From the human T2T-CHM13v2.0 reference genome, Homo sapiens, in NCBI RefSeq assembly GCF_009914755.1, contig NC_060926.1: a DNA stretch of 64,000 nt. The stretch is one strand, 5' to 3'. Positions 14,983 through 31,625 of the stretch are shown here, one piece after another. Position 1 is the stretch's first letter, and each line of letters opens with the position of its first letter. Under the pieces are notes generated by a model. The model did not search any database. It was not told the origin of the DNA and saw only the letters and a list, made by a program, of their open reading frames with translations. The translations under genes and the position numbers were made by a program.

Positions 14983-15332
14983 AAGATACTTAACATCTTT
15001 AATCATCAAGGAAATGCAAATTAAAACTACAGTGCAATACCACTGCATACCCATTAGAATGCCCAAAATTTTAAAAACTGACCATACCAAGTGATGGCAA
15101 GTGATGGCAAGGGTGTGGAACAATTTGAACTTTTACATTGCTAATGGCATGTAAAGTGGTATAGCAAATTTGGAACATTGTTCAGCAATTTCTCATAAAG
15201 TTAATCATACATTTACCATGTAACCCAACAGTTCAACTTTTAGGTATTTAACCAAGAGAAATGAAAGTCCACGTCCATAAAGATACTTGACTACAAATAT
15301 CCATACAGTTTTATTCAAAATAGCCCCAAACT

Positions 15333-15839
<507 letters not shown>

Positions 15840-17699
15840 CCCCAAACCGGAACAAACTAAATGTCTGTCAACAAGTAAGTGGTGTATTCATAAAATGAAA
15901 CACTGCTCAGCAATGAAAAGGAAGGAACTATAATACTATTACATAGGATGAATTACTCTTGGAAACATGCTAAGTGAAAAAAGCCATATATATTCAGATT
16001 TTTTTTAAGCTCTCAAACAGGCAAAACTAATCTGTAGTAATAGAAGTCTGATCATTGTTTGCCTGAGTTAGGAAGATTGATAGCCAAGGAACATGAAGGA
16101 AATTTTAGAGGTGATAGAAATATTCTGTTTTCTTGATTTGAGTGGAAAGTCCTGGGTTTATACCTTTCTCAAAATTTGTTGAACTGTACAAAATTTGTTG
16201 AACTTAAAATGGGTGCATTTTATTGTATGTAAATTATACATCAATGAAGTTTAGTTTAGAAATATCTGAGAGTAGAATGATTTCCAGCCAATAACTATCA
16301 CATTTCTTGTAGTTGTAAAGATAGAATAAAGCATTTTCAGATATAAAAGACCTCAGATTTTATCTGCTTGATATATTCACCTTTTCTAGCAAAGGTCCTG
16401 GAAGATGTCCTTAAACAGGGGAAAACCAAAAGAGACAAAACCAAAAGAGACGGAGGAAGCAAAGGATCTGAAAGGAAGCCCAGGAATGACAGCTGATCCA
16501 CAAGATTAGGGAACAACCAGTGCATATTGAACCGGGGGCCTGGCGAATCCTCTAGAAAGGAGGCCTCCAGAGAAGAAATGAATTGATCTCCTTGAGTTTA
16601 TAGAAAATATTATTGATAGATTTATGTCAGAATGTTGAAACATCTGATAAATTCTAGAACCGCTGACAAATGAAAACATAAGAAAATTATTAACTCCAGA
16701 AAAAAGAAAGTATGGCACAAGAGAGGAGGTTCGAACAAAGTGCACAATTTGACTTAGCAGTGAGCAATATTTGCATAATCATAATCAAAATATTAGCTTT
16801 TGATTTTATAAAAAACTATGATCTCTGTTAGGGAATTGGGAACCAGGATGGTAGTAAGAGAGGTACATGTGGAAGAACTAAGACCTCATCTATAATGAGG
16901 GGAAGTCAGTAAATCTAAAATGGAGACATCAAGAAATAGCAATATATGCATATTTAGAAATAAATAGGCAATGCCAAAGAAAACAGTTTTCAGAGTTGCA
17001 GATGGTTGCCTCTATTGAGAAGGAGGTAACTAAGTGACTGGAAGGGGTGAGGCAAGAAACTGCTTTATTTATTATGGGCCTCTTGGTTCTGACTTATAAA
17101 ATTATGTGTGTGTGTTAACTTGATAAAAACTAGAGTTAATAGAAATAGTATCTGCTAGCTTTGCAAGTTGTGAAAGTGGGGTGTTTTCTGTCATAGTCTG
17201 TATTGAGGCAAACAGCTTTTTTCTCCCTTGAGGCTTCCCCTCCGGAGTACAGCTCCATAAGTGAAAGTATGTAAATAGGCCAGAATCTGTTTCACCTCGT
17301 GCTAATATGTTCGCAAAGGCCAAGAGCATAGAGGGGAAGATACCAAGGTAGATATGGGGGAGGTCAGTAGATGCAGACAACCAGTCTACAATGTGTAGAT
17401 ATAGACAGGAAAGAAAAAAGAATTCAGAGACCATAAGGCTAAGGAAACAAGTTGGGTGTGAAAAAGGAAAAAAGAATTAAGGATTGCAGAAGGAAAAAGA
17501 AAGAAAAAAGATGGGAACAAAAATATGATAGCGTATAAAGAGAAGAAGAAAAGAATCACTTCTAATTCTCTGCCCCACTCTTACCTCTAAATTGTCCCAT
17601 CACTACTGTCTACTAGAACCAGAGTCTATTATTGATTGGCCCACATCTTAAGTTTGTGCCCGCCCAGGAAAATCAAGCACCTTTCCTTACTTTAGTCTT

Positions 17700-18800
17700 C
17701 AATCTTAGCTGAACTGTGTCACGTACAAATATCTTGCATAGGATAGTTTAATTATCATCCTCCTTCACCACCTGAGATACACAGTTAGAAGTAATGGCTC
17801 TATCCCCCATGACACTTATCTTTTTCTCTTATACTTTTCTTTTCCTTGCCATTTTGCACTGTATTCTGAGAGAATCTCTGAGCTCAACTTTCCAGATCAA
17901 AACTAAATCTTCAGCTATGTCCATCCTGCCCTTCAGTCCATCTATTGAGATCATTTCATCATAGCTATAATTTTAAGATTTCTAAACATTCTTTTTCTTA
18001 GGAGTCTATTACTTTTTATGGATGCAATAGACTTTTTAATCTGTATGATGATATTTATTGTAATTTGGGGTTCACTCATTTTCTATACTAACTCTTTTTT
18101 CTTCAACATTACTTTCTTCATTAAAGTTGCTTTCTTTCTCCTGTTGACTTTTCTTGAATGTTTGGTAAATTTTGACTGTCTCTCCATATATATTGAAAAA
18201 GATCTAGAATTTTAAAATACTGGTAGCTAGTGTATTTCTTTAGCTAAAGTGAGAAGCCCTTTTCCCCTGGCAGTGAATGTAGATTCTGATTATAGAAGCC
18301 CTACTTCTCAGTTGTTGTGAGGAATAGGCCTTGGAGGTGGGGAAACCCCTTGTGGCAGCCCTAGCACCCCCTTTGGGAGATTCCCTGGGCAGAACTCCCA
18401 TTTTGAGTCATATGCTCACAATTGTAATCCCATGGACAGGTGCCAGAGTCAGCTGCACTCAGAGCAATGGCCTGGCAGCAGCTGTTCAGCCATCCATAAT
18501 TATCCAGCAATTGCCCATGGCCTGTTCCTTTATTTGCTCAAATGACCACTGAGCCTGGAGTTGTTCTGGTGTTCTGGGAAAATTCCTCTCTTTGGAAAAT
18601 CTCTTTCTCCTGTTGCAAGTGTTTTAGTTTAGTTGAAGTTTCACAATCAGTTTGTTTCCATTTGTGTTTTGTCTTTCAGAAATTCTTCGTTGTTTTAGTC
18701 TTCTGCCATGAAAATTTCTTCTGCCTTTCCTTCGGCTGTAGATTTGTGTTCCCCTTTTTTCTTTCTTGAGTTATTTCAGTGGTGTTTTTGAAGAGAAAAT
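17700..18800 (-). mobile_element. Old L1/HAL1-like fragments
   Basis: T-rich antisense ORF1-like sequence (ccttcagtccatctattgag, cttgaatgtttggtaaattttgactgtc). Confidence 0.5.
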
Positions 18801-19574
18801 AAAATATAAGTGATATATCTGCCACATTGAACCACAAGTCTCCTTGGGTTCGTTTACAAATGAGAAAACAAAGGTCCAGAGAAAAGGGAGACACATAAAC
18901 ACACACAGACAAAAACTTCCCCAAAGTAGTATTTGTAGAATAAACCAGGATTTAAATCTCAATCCACCTGGTTTCAAAACATGTTGTGTGTATGCACACA
19001 CACACACCCAAGCAGTGTGGCCAAGTGATTTAAGTAATTTTGTTAGAAATGTTCTACCAGAGCACATCCAGGTAAATACTGCTTTTTCAATGGAGATAGC
19101 TTTTATGAGGGTACTGTTGATCAGAATGTGTACAGCATGCCTGTTTGTCAGTACCTTCAAAACCTTTGCTGTGTCCTTTTGACTATCTTCAAATCCCTAT
19201 TGTTTGAGGGTAGATTTCACTTTTGAAAATTTCCAGTCATGTGGAACCAAATACGTTGATCTAAAAAGAATAATGCTGTTTTTTTTAAATCAAAAACTAA
19301 AAAGTGTACCTATGAGGAAACTTATTTTCTTGAAGGACCTGTGGACTGGTTGAGATAGTTCCTGAAGAATTCCAAAAATATTTAAGCATTGACATCACTG
19401 GAATAAGTGAATGACCGTGTGAGGCAGTTGTTTTTGTGTTCTGTGAACATAAACATTCTGGGATAATTTTTTTTTAATCTTATTAATTCACAGTAAATCA
19501 AAAATATTGTATAACTATAAAAATCACTATTTTCGTATGCAACATTTTCAGTACCTAAAAAGATCCATTTTTCA

Positions 19575-19797
19575 GCTTGGGCAACATGGTGAAAAATGGG
19601 CAACATGGGCAAAAAATACAAAAATTAGCCAGGCATGGTGGTATGCACCTGTAGTCCCAGCTACTTGGGGAGCTGAGACAGGAGGATCACTTGAACCCAA
19701 GGAGGTGGAGGTTGCAGTGAGCCGAGATCATGCCACTACACTCCAGCCTGGGCGACAGTGAGACCCTGTCTCCAAAAAAAAAAAAAAAAAAAAAAAT
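19575..19797 (+). mobile_element. 5'-truncated AluJ-like element
   Basis: Starts at cagcttgggcaacatgg. ggaggatcacttgaaccc diagnostic, A-tail. Confidence 0.9.
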
Positions 19798-19799
19798 CC

Positions 19800-20600
19800 T
19801 TTGAAGTTACATTTCATGGTTTTTGTATATTTGTTTATTTATTTTTAGTGATTAAGATATTCACGGTTCAACATTCAAAAAAGTTTTTAAAATATATAGT
19901 GAAAAATATCTTTCCTGGCAGTATCGTTTTTTCTGTACCTTCAAAAATTACGTACATAGACTTCCCTTTTTAAAATACAAATAGTGTCATACTATACACA
20001 TTAGCTGTTCTGTATCTTAGTCACTTTTTCACTTAATGTTCTATGGATGTCATTCTGTATCAGTGCATAAAGAGCATCTTTATTCTTTTTTTATAGCTGT
20101 ACAACTTCTTACAGTTGTACCAGAATTTACTTAACCAGTAGCCTGATAGGCATCTTTTGCTATCACAAAGCTGTAATGAATAATCTTATGTAGAGATAAT
20201 TTACCACATGTGACGGTATATCTGAGATACAAGTTCTGAATAGAATTGCTGGGTCAAAAGATAGATATTGCCAAATAGTCCTTTCCAGCAGTTGTTTCAG
20301 CTTACACCCTAACTGATAATGTTTCCATTTCTGCATATCCTTGCCAATACATTGAATTATGTACTTTCTCATTTTTGCCCATCTGATGGTTTTATTCTTT
20401 TAGGTATCTCAATGTCATTTTAATCTATATTTCTTTTATTGTGAATTAGATCATATTTTAATGATTTTATAATATTCATTTATGTTCATATTCTCTACCT
20501 ATTGTCTTACTGGGTTTTTATCCTATTGATTTATAGAATTTTTTATATGTTAGAAAAATGAGTTCTTTGTCTACATCATGTTTTGAAAAAAATAAAACAC
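19800..20600 (-). mobile_element. L1ME-like 3' fragment
   Basis: tagaattgctgggtcaaa, tattgccaaat and catatccttgccaatac are antisense L1 3' motifs. Confidence 0.65.
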
Positions 20601-22040
20601 TGTAACTGCTGTGCAGTTACTGCCAAATGTAACACAAAACTAAACCAGAAACTTCCTTAACAACAGCTGAAGAAAATTAACTGTGAATATCAAAATCAGT
20701 AGATACTAAATCAACTGTTAGAAGAGTAGAATGTGCAAAAGCCACCCTCATGGTTAAGAAAATGCTTTCTACTTGGTGTACAGAAATTTTTTTCTATATC
20801 CTAATCTTGGAAGTGACAGAAATTTTTAAATTATTTCTTAATATAAGGGGGGTTTTTTTGTTTGTTTTTTGTTTTGTTTTGTTTTGTTTTGTTTTGTTTG
20901 CTGGGTTCAGTGTCCCTTTTAGCTATATTTTAAATGGAGGAAGTATGATGTTGAGCCCTTTGCAAATATGATAACGAATGTTAATAGCTTGATCGGGGGA
21001 TCCCTAGGGCTTGTTTTCTGCCCCTACTTCAGCTGCCTGTTTCCAGCAGAAATGACTGTATTGTCCTGTATTACATGTATACTTACTCATGTTTGTGTCA
21101 CAGAAATGACCAAAAATATTTCATTTATTCTCTGGACAAAGAGAGAGAGCCTGTGTATTTCCTAGAAGAAATACGTGAAGCATACCTTCACATTTTTTAC
21201 AGAAGGCAGTTTCTAAAGAAAGTCGCAAAAGGTTGAAATGACTTTCAGAATAAAAACCAACTTCTTTTAAGCATGCAGTCTATCCAAACAAAACTTTTTT
21301 TTGACTTAAAATTTTATTAGTATGGGGATTTTTTTGTTTGTTTTTGTTTGCTTAGTCACCAAACTCAGCATATGAATCTTATTTTGAAAATATTTTATCC
21401 AACTTATTTTCTTAACATTTTTTTCAAGACTAGTAAAATTAGATACTGTGTCCTATTACTGAGTCAAATAAACTATCTTGCAAAACTTAGTATTGCTAGT
21501 AGACAGTGGACAGCCATGTAAATTTTCTTAGACTTTTAAATTAATTAATTTTGGTTATAATAATTAAGATTAGATTTCTTGAAATAAGATTGAGGAATTA
21601 ACATGTAGGCAGAGCCAATGGGACAGTTTTAGATAATCTTTGACCAACTTTCTGATTTAAATAATGACAGAAAGTAAGTGATTATTTCCCTTTTTTTTTG
21701 TTGTTTTATTTTGTTGTGTTTTTCAGAATCCTACAGAATTTGATTTCTATATCATTTGTCATGATAGAGATGAGGTTAATCGAAAGCTGTAATTATATAC
21801 ATTTAAAAGTAAATGTGTTTATGTAACTTTTATTTCTCAGTTATACTAAATATTGAATATATTCACTTAGAAGTGAGCCTTGCATGTATTATGTAGTTAA
21901 TAATGTTCAGTAACTAGCATTAAGTACATTTTGGGAAGCATCCTTAAATCTACTTATTCTTCATTCATTCGAATGAGAAATTCTACCTCAATAAGCTTTC
22001 CCTTAAAACTCCAAGGCTGTTTTAGTTTTTAAAAAAAGAT

Positions 22041-22400
22041 TCTATTTGGGCTACTATAACAAAATACCACTGACTAGGTGGCTTAAACAACAGAAATTTA
22101 TTTTCTCACAATTCTGGAAGCCTAAAGTAGTTTTGGTTTCTTCTGAGGCTTCTTTCCTTGGCTTGGAGATGGCCCTCTTCTCTCTGGGTCAGGTTATCCC
22201 TCTGTCTGTATTTTTTTTCTCCTGAACTCCTCTTCTTGGAAAGACACTAGTCATATTGGATTAGGGCCCACTGTAAAGACCCATTTTGTCTTAGTTACCT
22301 TTTTAAAGGCCCTGTCTCCAAATATAGTCACATTCTGAGATACCAGGGGTTAGGACTTCAGCATATTAATTTGGAGGGGGGTACAATTCAGCCCATAACA
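22041..22400 (-). mobile_element. ERVL-MaLR solo LTR (MLT1A/B/C-like)
   Basis: ataacaaaataccactgactaggtggcttaaacaacagaaatttattttctcaca...attcagcccataaca. Confidence 0.85.
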
Positions 22401-22495
22401 ATGATCAATTAATATATATTCATTTTAGAAATTTCAAATAACCATCATAGAAAGAAAAGCAGCCTTTAATCTCACTACCTAAAGTGGACCTAAAG

Positions 22496-22528
22496 TGTGC
22501 GTGTGTGTGTGTATGTGTGTGTGTGTGT
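22496..22528. repeat. (TG)n microsatellite
   Basis: gtgtgcgtgtgtgtgtgtatgtgtgtgtgtgtg. Confidence 0.9.
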
Positions 22529-23366
22529 GAGATCCCAGAATTTTTTTATATTAATATATATGAAATAGTTTATAAAAACAGAGTCATCCTGAAAATAATG
22601 TTTTGGAATATGTTTTCTTTTTTCATTTAACAGCACATTGTCAATATCTATGCCATAATTCATTAATCAGTCCCTAAGTTTCTGGAATTTAGGTTATTTA
22701 TAAATTTTTTTCTAGTATAAATAGTACAGAGATGATCATAAAGCTTTCCAAAAAAGCGTTACAGAAAAACGTTCTAAAATGCATATACTATTTTCTTCAA
22801 TTACAAAACATAATTCAACTTCTTTTTTCATTTGGGCCATCATTATAAGTCTCAGTTCTTATACTGTTATTGTACAGCTATATTCTAAGATTAGCAACTG
22901 TAGAGCTGTGTTCATTTGCTACATGGCCTCAGATTCTAGTTTCTGTTCCTGCCTCTGATAGAATGTATTTTATCTTTTGCTCACCACTCTTATTTCGTGG
23001 TGATGACACTGTGTTACTTATAGCATATTCTGATATGTGACTGAAAAGCAGATAACCAAAATTGTTAAATTTATCTTTAAGATAAATAATTTCTGACAAA
23101 GTCCTGAGTGATTCTGGATAACAGTAACCTATGTACAAACTTTAATATCAGATTTTCCTTGATTCAGAAATCTTTTTTCACTTTCTCATTTACTTTTTTA
23201 TTATGTGGTCACACTAGATAGTTTAAATTGCTGAATAAGTGACCTTTGTATCATTGAAGTAATATTTTAAAGGAGAAATCTCACTCTCCAATATATTATT
23301 TTTGAAAATACCATCATTTTATCCTCCACTGAGATAATGACTTCTTACCTTTTCTTCTTAAATCAG

Positions 23367-23484
23367 GATTACCTGAGCTGGAATTGGAAGCAATTGATAA
23401 CCAATTTGGACAACCAGGAACAGGCGATCAGATTCCATGGACAAATAATACAGTGACAGCTATAAATCAGAGTAAATCAGAAGA
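23367..23484 (+). CDS. NCOA1: NCOA1 coding exon D (118 nt, ~aa 867-906)
   Basis: Acceptor ttcttaaatcag|GA and donor AGA|gtaagt. Translates (R)LPELELEAIDNQFGQPGTGDQIPWTNNTVTAINQSKSE(D). Confidence 0.97.
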
Positions 23485-23613
23485 GTAAGTAATACATTTT
23501 GTATTTTATAAGGTATCAGATACCAACTTCTAAACAGAGAACTATTTTTTCCAAACTACATTTCAGTCTACAGTGGTATTTTGTGAGATATTAATAGATG
23601 TAAATACTTACTA

Positions 23614-24068
<455 letters not shown>

Positions 24069-25085
24069 TTACTTTAATTGATTACCATAATGTATCTGGG
24101 ACCTATGGATGAATTGGCCTCAGTACAATAATTATATTGCTCTTGAACTTTTAGTTATATTATTATTTTGTCCAGCATTTCTCTTCGTTTGGTGCAAGAA
24201 GTTATAAGAAAGGAAAGTATACTTTTTACATCTACTCAGTGTCACATCTTGATTAGAATTGAATTTCTTACTCCCCGCAGGCAGCCATATTCCATAACGC
24301 AGGCTGCGTCTCATACCTGCCAACCACAGGAAGACTAGATAGTATTGATTGTGGTTTAGCGCCTTAACTATGAACTGTATTCCCATTTACCTTCTCAAAG
24401 GAAGAATGCTTATAATTGTATTATTAGTGTTATTAGGATTAGTATTATTTTGTATATATTTCTGTTTTATGTATCAGTTGGTATCTATTTGGATTAGACT
24501 GTATATTTCCTACATGTAATCAGTGAATAATTTGTTGCTTAATACCTAGCATATTTCATTTTTCCAGTTTGATTTCTTTTGTAAATGGTAATCATGTCAT
24601 GTTAACAATCAAAATGATTTGATCATCTTTAAAAGTTAATATAATATGTACTGTTTTGATTGTGGTTCAGTTATTAACAATTAATGGCATTCATAAAAGG
24701 TAAATAAATAGAATAAGTAGAATAAATCTGAATATAGGCTAAATGATTTTTTCTCAGTTTTTGGCTGATTTTGTTTTTACTTTTATTAAAAGTTATTTCC
24801 CCTTTCTTAACTGTTTGGTTAATTTTCCAGGCTATTTCTGGAACATAAAGAATATGGGAACAAAGTTCAATGACTGACAAAAGAATGAAAACTATATTCA
24901 AGCTACATACCAAATACTCATTTAATTTCTACACATTAAACATAGAACATTCCATGGCATTAGAATTGCCAAGCATCTCAACAGTGAATTTTCTAAGACC
25001 AAATTTGCATCTATATATGTATATAAAGATTGAATAAATTATTTGCTATGTCAGTCTGAAACTTTCTTGTTTTTTAATCCTGCAG

Positions 25086-25254
25086 CCAGTGTATTAGCTC
25101 ACAATTAGATGAGCTTCTCTGTCCACCCACAACAGTAGAAGGGAGAAATGATGAGAAGGCTCTTCTTGAACAGCTGGTATCCTTCCTTAGTGGCAAAGAT
25201 GAAACTGAGCTAGCTGAACTAGACAGAGCTCTGGGAATTGACAAACTTGTTCAG
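25086..25254 (+). CDS. NCOA1: NCOA1 coding exon E (169 nt, ~aa 906-962; AD1, CBP/p300 interaction domain)
   Basis: Acceptor aatcctgcag|C and donor CAG|gtattt. Translates (D)[56 protein letters not shown], a typical p160 CID. Confidence 0.98.
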
Positions 25255-25749
25255 GTATTTATTAAAGTCAACATTATTTAACTGATGGAGCCCTAAGAAG
25301 CTAGAAAATTATTTTAAGCAAGATTTTAAAGTATTGTACCCACTATGCTTTAGCTGTTTTATAATTTACCTCTTGTGAAACTTATCAAAATATATGAGTT
25401 TTTTTTTTAAGAAAAAGTATTACAGTAATTAGAATTAGAAATAAGTCTTAGCTTTTCACTATGGAACAGAATCTTACAAGCTCCAGCCAGAATAGAATCC
25501 AGATTTATAGCATCACTTCTCATTTTAGAGCTTAATTTATCCTTCATTCACGCTTGTCTTCTGCCAGTATATTCCATGGTATTGCAACTTCCAGGTTAGC
25601 CTTTTTTACACGATAGGGTGATAAAATCACTTTAGTGCATCTTGACCAGCATTTTTAAATGGAGTAGAATAGTGTAGAATACAAAGTATGAGAATGCATA
25701 GCCCATAAAAAGAAGTCATGTTTTGTGAAACTCCTTTCAGCTGCATACA

Positions 25750-25784
25750 AACACACACACACACAAGCACACGCGCACGCGCGC
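25750..25784. repeat. (CA)n/(CG)n alternating purine-pyrimidine tract
   Basis: acacacacacacacaagcacacgcgcacgcgcgc. Confidence 0.85.
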
Positions 25785-26278
25785 AATTAGGTCACAATTT
25801 ATATTTCTTACAGTGGGTAATAGTGAAAACATTTGGAAACCATAACGCTACAGCTTTCTGTTACATGAGCTGTGGATTTTTTTTTCAAATAAAAGCATGA
25901 ATTTTATATCTGAGATAGAAAAATGCCTGCTTGATCCCTCCTTTAAGAATCTACTTCCTATAGTAAGCTATTAAATGTAAAGTTTATTGATTCTTAGGCT
26001 TTGCAATGAAGTTTTTTCCCAAACCTTTTAGTTTTATTTCATTGATTTGGAGCCTTTATTTTAACTATATTGCCATCTCTTTACTGAGATTTTAAATATC
26101 TCAGCTAATCCGTTACTCCATTTCAAAAGCAGCTTTTATAAATGATTTCTTTAGGTAGTAAACTTCTGGAGAGCATGAATTCAGAATGAATATATGATGG
26201 TGCTTTCTAGAAATACGGAAGCATGTTACTTATTGGCAGAAATTTATTTGTAAAATATTCTGGCTTCTTTTCTAACAG

Positions 26279-26922
<644 letters not shown>

Positions 26923-27522
26923 AGCAGTTGATACTTTTTAAAGGTATATACCAAATCTCTCTGCAAGGCAGCCCAGTTGCTACAATAAAAGTGTCAAGTC
27001 CACTCCCAGAACTTTCATGAAAGACTTGAAGAGCCATCCTTCCTCTCCTAGGAAAGGGATAAGGGACCTTTTCATTCAATTAAAGACCTTTCATTCAATT
27101 AAATCAATTCATTCAATTAGGCTCCTAATAAAGCACTTAGAGACCTATAACTTAAAGAACAATTTAATTTTTATTTTTTGAGATACAAACTATTTAAGGG
27201 GAACATCATACAATTATTAAATTAAGAGAAACAGCTTAATTTACAAAGTAGAGCATCAAGAGATACTGTTTATGATTATTGGAAAAGAAAATAAAGTTTA
27301 TTTATATTGATTGAGGTTGGAGAGATTGATGCCCAGTGATGTTACTATATTAGGAGAATGAAGGAGAATAGGGGCCTGGGAGTTGTGAGTGAGTTAAATC
27401 TTCTCTCTCATGACAGGAAATGAGTAGGCGTAGTGGCATAAATATTTAAGATTGTATAAGCAACAGATATGGAGATAATCATTAAGGACCACAAGAGCAA
27501 ACAGTTAAAAATGTCTGCTGTG

Positions 27523-27972
<450 letters not shown>

Positions 27973-28009
27973 TCAGGAAGGAAGAGAAAGAAGGAGATAA
28001 ATTATACTG

Positions 28010-28252
28010 GAAAGGCAGTATGATGTAATGGTTTTAAGAGTTCTAGTTTCAAGTCCCAGTTCCAAACTTAAGTGGGTTGCCTTAATCAAATGATTTACCT
28101 TTTAAAACCTCTAATTCCTCATCTATAAAAAGAGTCTAATAAAGAACTCCTTTCCCTCACTGGTGGTTGTATGGAATAAATGAGACAAAACATGTAAAGC
28201 TTGTAGCATAATGCCTGGCATATTGTAGCAGTTGATAAATATTAGCTATTAC
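28010..28252 (+). mobile_element. MIR
   Basis: aggcagtatgatgtaatggtt...cctcatctataaaa...atgcctggcatattgtag...aaatattagctatta. Confidence 0.8.
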
Positions 28253-29361
28253 TATAAAGTTGCATTCAATAAACATAATATGTAATATAAAATGTGCTTC
28301 CATTCTGTTTAAAAAAAGGAAGATGACGAAAGAGAAGAGAAAAGGAGAACTAAGAAAGGGAAATTTTTTAAATGATAGAATAACAATAAAAGGAATAATT
28401 TTTTAAATGCTAGGGTAGAATAAAGGATTCAAAGAAGAATTAAAGGAAGAGAGAGGAAAAGAGAAAGAGAAGGAATCATAAATGTTCTGAGATATTAATT
28501 GAAGATAAACTACTTCTTGTAGCTTTCCATTCATCTTTAGATAGAGGGCACCAGAATAAGAAATGCTTAACAGTTTCCCCGTGTTTAATTTTTCACAGAA
28601 CATATTTAAGGGGACTACACTAGGTACTATAAGGAATACAAGGAATAAAAGAAACAGGCAACTGCTTGGCTTTTTGACTACAAGACCTGAAAACCATTTT
28701 GACTACATACCTGAAAAGTTAAGTGACGCTGCAAGCAGTATGTGATTAAGGGCTAAACCAAAAAAGTAAAGGAAAGTGTAGGTGTGCTAGTTTCTCATTT
28801 TACAATGTAAAGTTCTGTAAATACTGCCTAATATTAAAGGGTCAATGAGCAAGGCCAGACCAAGGGTCTAGGTCAGGTTCATGAATGAATGGAATGATGA
28901 TTCATGCTTGATTCAGAAAAAAAAAGTTGTTTTGGCTTCCATTTGCTCCTAAAACAGCTGATAAGCAGAGAAGCCCTGCAAAGGTATGAGAATAAGATGC
29001 AAATAAGTGAAAGTTGCTGCTCTTTGCTTCCCTTAAATCTCATGGATGCCTATCCAGAGATGGCATGGTAACCTAACAGAGTAAAGTATCCACCAAGTTG
29101 AAGAAACACAGAATTTGGGGCTCACCATGTTATAAGCCCCATGTATGTCTATACGCAAAAACAACTTCTACTGCAAACTAAGACAGTAACTCTGCTACCT
29201 AACGAGCCACATATCGGGGCCTGTTCCTTCTCTTTTAAGCCATAAGTTCTTACTGTTTCAGCACTAGGTCGCTCAGCTTCACTTGCACTGCAAGTACTAG
29301 GAGTTTTACATGTGTCCACTTAAGGGCTTTCTGTGAGCAGGTCTGGCCAAGGTTCTCAGTC

Positions 29362-29930
29362 AGTGTCTTGGTTAAGATGCTTTCAGCCACAAGGAAAGAA
29401 AAAAAGATCAACTCAGCATAGTAAAACAATAAAGAAAATATTTTGACCCAATTGACAATCCAAAATGAAAGCAGACCAAGGTGTGGTTACTTCAGAGATT
29501 CAGGGATGTTATCAAGGACCCAGGTTCTTTCTCTTTTTGCTCTGCAATCCTTGGCATGCCATGATTACAAATACCGTAGGCAAACAAAACTATAACTAGC
29601 AGAAGAAAAGGGACTGTTTCTTTCCTATGTACCTCTTTCCAAAAGCCAGGAAACTTTTTCCAGAAGGTCTTCCCACCCCATCCCCCGCCAAAAAAAGAAA
29701 AAAAGGAACAAAAAAAAAAAGTAAAAAGGGGGAAAAAATACTTCACATGTCTGACTAGTCAGAACTGAGTCACATGTACACCCTTAACCAATGGTTCGCA
29801 AAGACTGACTGAGAATACTCCTGGATTACCCCTGGAGTTGTGTGATTTGGGATGGTCAGCTGAACAAAATCTGTTCTGTCTTCAAGAAAGAAGGGGAGAG
29901 TAAATGGCTGCGGGTTGGCAATAACAGTGC
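29362..29930. mobile_element. Old MaLR LTR (MLT1J/K/L-like)
   Basis: gttaagatgctttcagccacaag...caaggacccaggttctttctc...agtcagaactgagtcacatg. Confidence 0.65.
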
Positions 29931-30241
29931 CTGATTAAATCAAGAAATTGAGGTTTAAATATATTGTTTAAAGTTATATAGTTAAATTCACAGTTGGGAT
30001 AAAATAGTGAACTGAGGTAGTATTAATATATCTCCCCTTTCTCCTGCCTTAAATCCTATTAAATAACAGGTTGTATTTTTTGTGTCTGTGACTAAGTTCA
30101 TGTCAGTGTAGACAAAAAAAAGAACACCATTAGCGCACTAAAAATTAAGTCATTTTGAAATACAAAAAAAGCAAACATGAGAAAGAAACAAAATTATATG
30201 CAAATAATACAACTATTTATATAGAAAATCCAAAAGAATCT

Positions 30242-30568
<327 letters not shown>

Positions 30569-30682
30569 CTATAGGGAACTTAGAACAAATAGAGTAGTTC
30601 AGCAAGGATTTTAGATAAAAGAACAAGAAACAAAAATTAATGGCAATTCTTTTTACTAGAAAATTAATTAAAAATACATTCA

Positions 30683-31019
<337 letters not shown>

Positions 31020-31292
31020 TCATAATTGAAAGGCAAAAAGAACATCCAAAAAAAAATACTCATGAAAGAAATTATGTCTCCTAATTGGTTGTCGCTTGTA
31101 AAAAGATGACAGTTGTTCCAAATTCAATCAGTAAATTCAGTGGAATTCCAATAAAATCTCAACATGGAATTTGACAAATAGATGCTAAATTTGTTTTAGA
31201 AGCATCAATACAATCTTGAAGTATTAATAAAATGAGGGTATACTTGCTCTACCGATATCAAGATTTAAAACAAAGCTTTAAAAATTAAACCA

Positions 31293-31595
31293 GGCTGGAT
31301 GTGATGGCTTACACCTATAACCCCCCCATTTTGAGAGGCGTAGGCAGGAAGATTGCTTGAGGTTAGGAGTTTGAGACTAGCCTGGGCAACATAGCAAGAC
31401 TCTGTCTCTACCAAAAATAAAAAAAACCAAAAAACAAAAAGCCAGGTGTGGTGATGTGCACCTGTAGTCCCAACTACTTAGGAGCCTAAGTTGGGAGGAT
31501 CTCTTGAGCCAGAGTTCAAGGCTGCAGTGAGCTATGATTGTGCTACTCACTCCAGCCTGGGTGGCAGAGCAAGACCTTGTCTCTAAAAAAAAAAA
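31293..31595 (+). mobile_element. AluJ-like element
   Basis: gttcaaggctgcagtgagctatgat diagnostic. TSD aaaaattaaa. Confidence 0.92.
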
Positions 31596-31625
31596 TTAAA
31601 ACAGTGTGGAACTAGCATGAGGATA

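Noticed and set aside
21690-21780. Strong polypyrimidine acceptor at 21726 with donor-like GAG|gttaat at 21774
   Set aside because: The donor is weak and the U-rich tract is low complexity. It cannot be told apart from the many pseudo-exons without RNA data.
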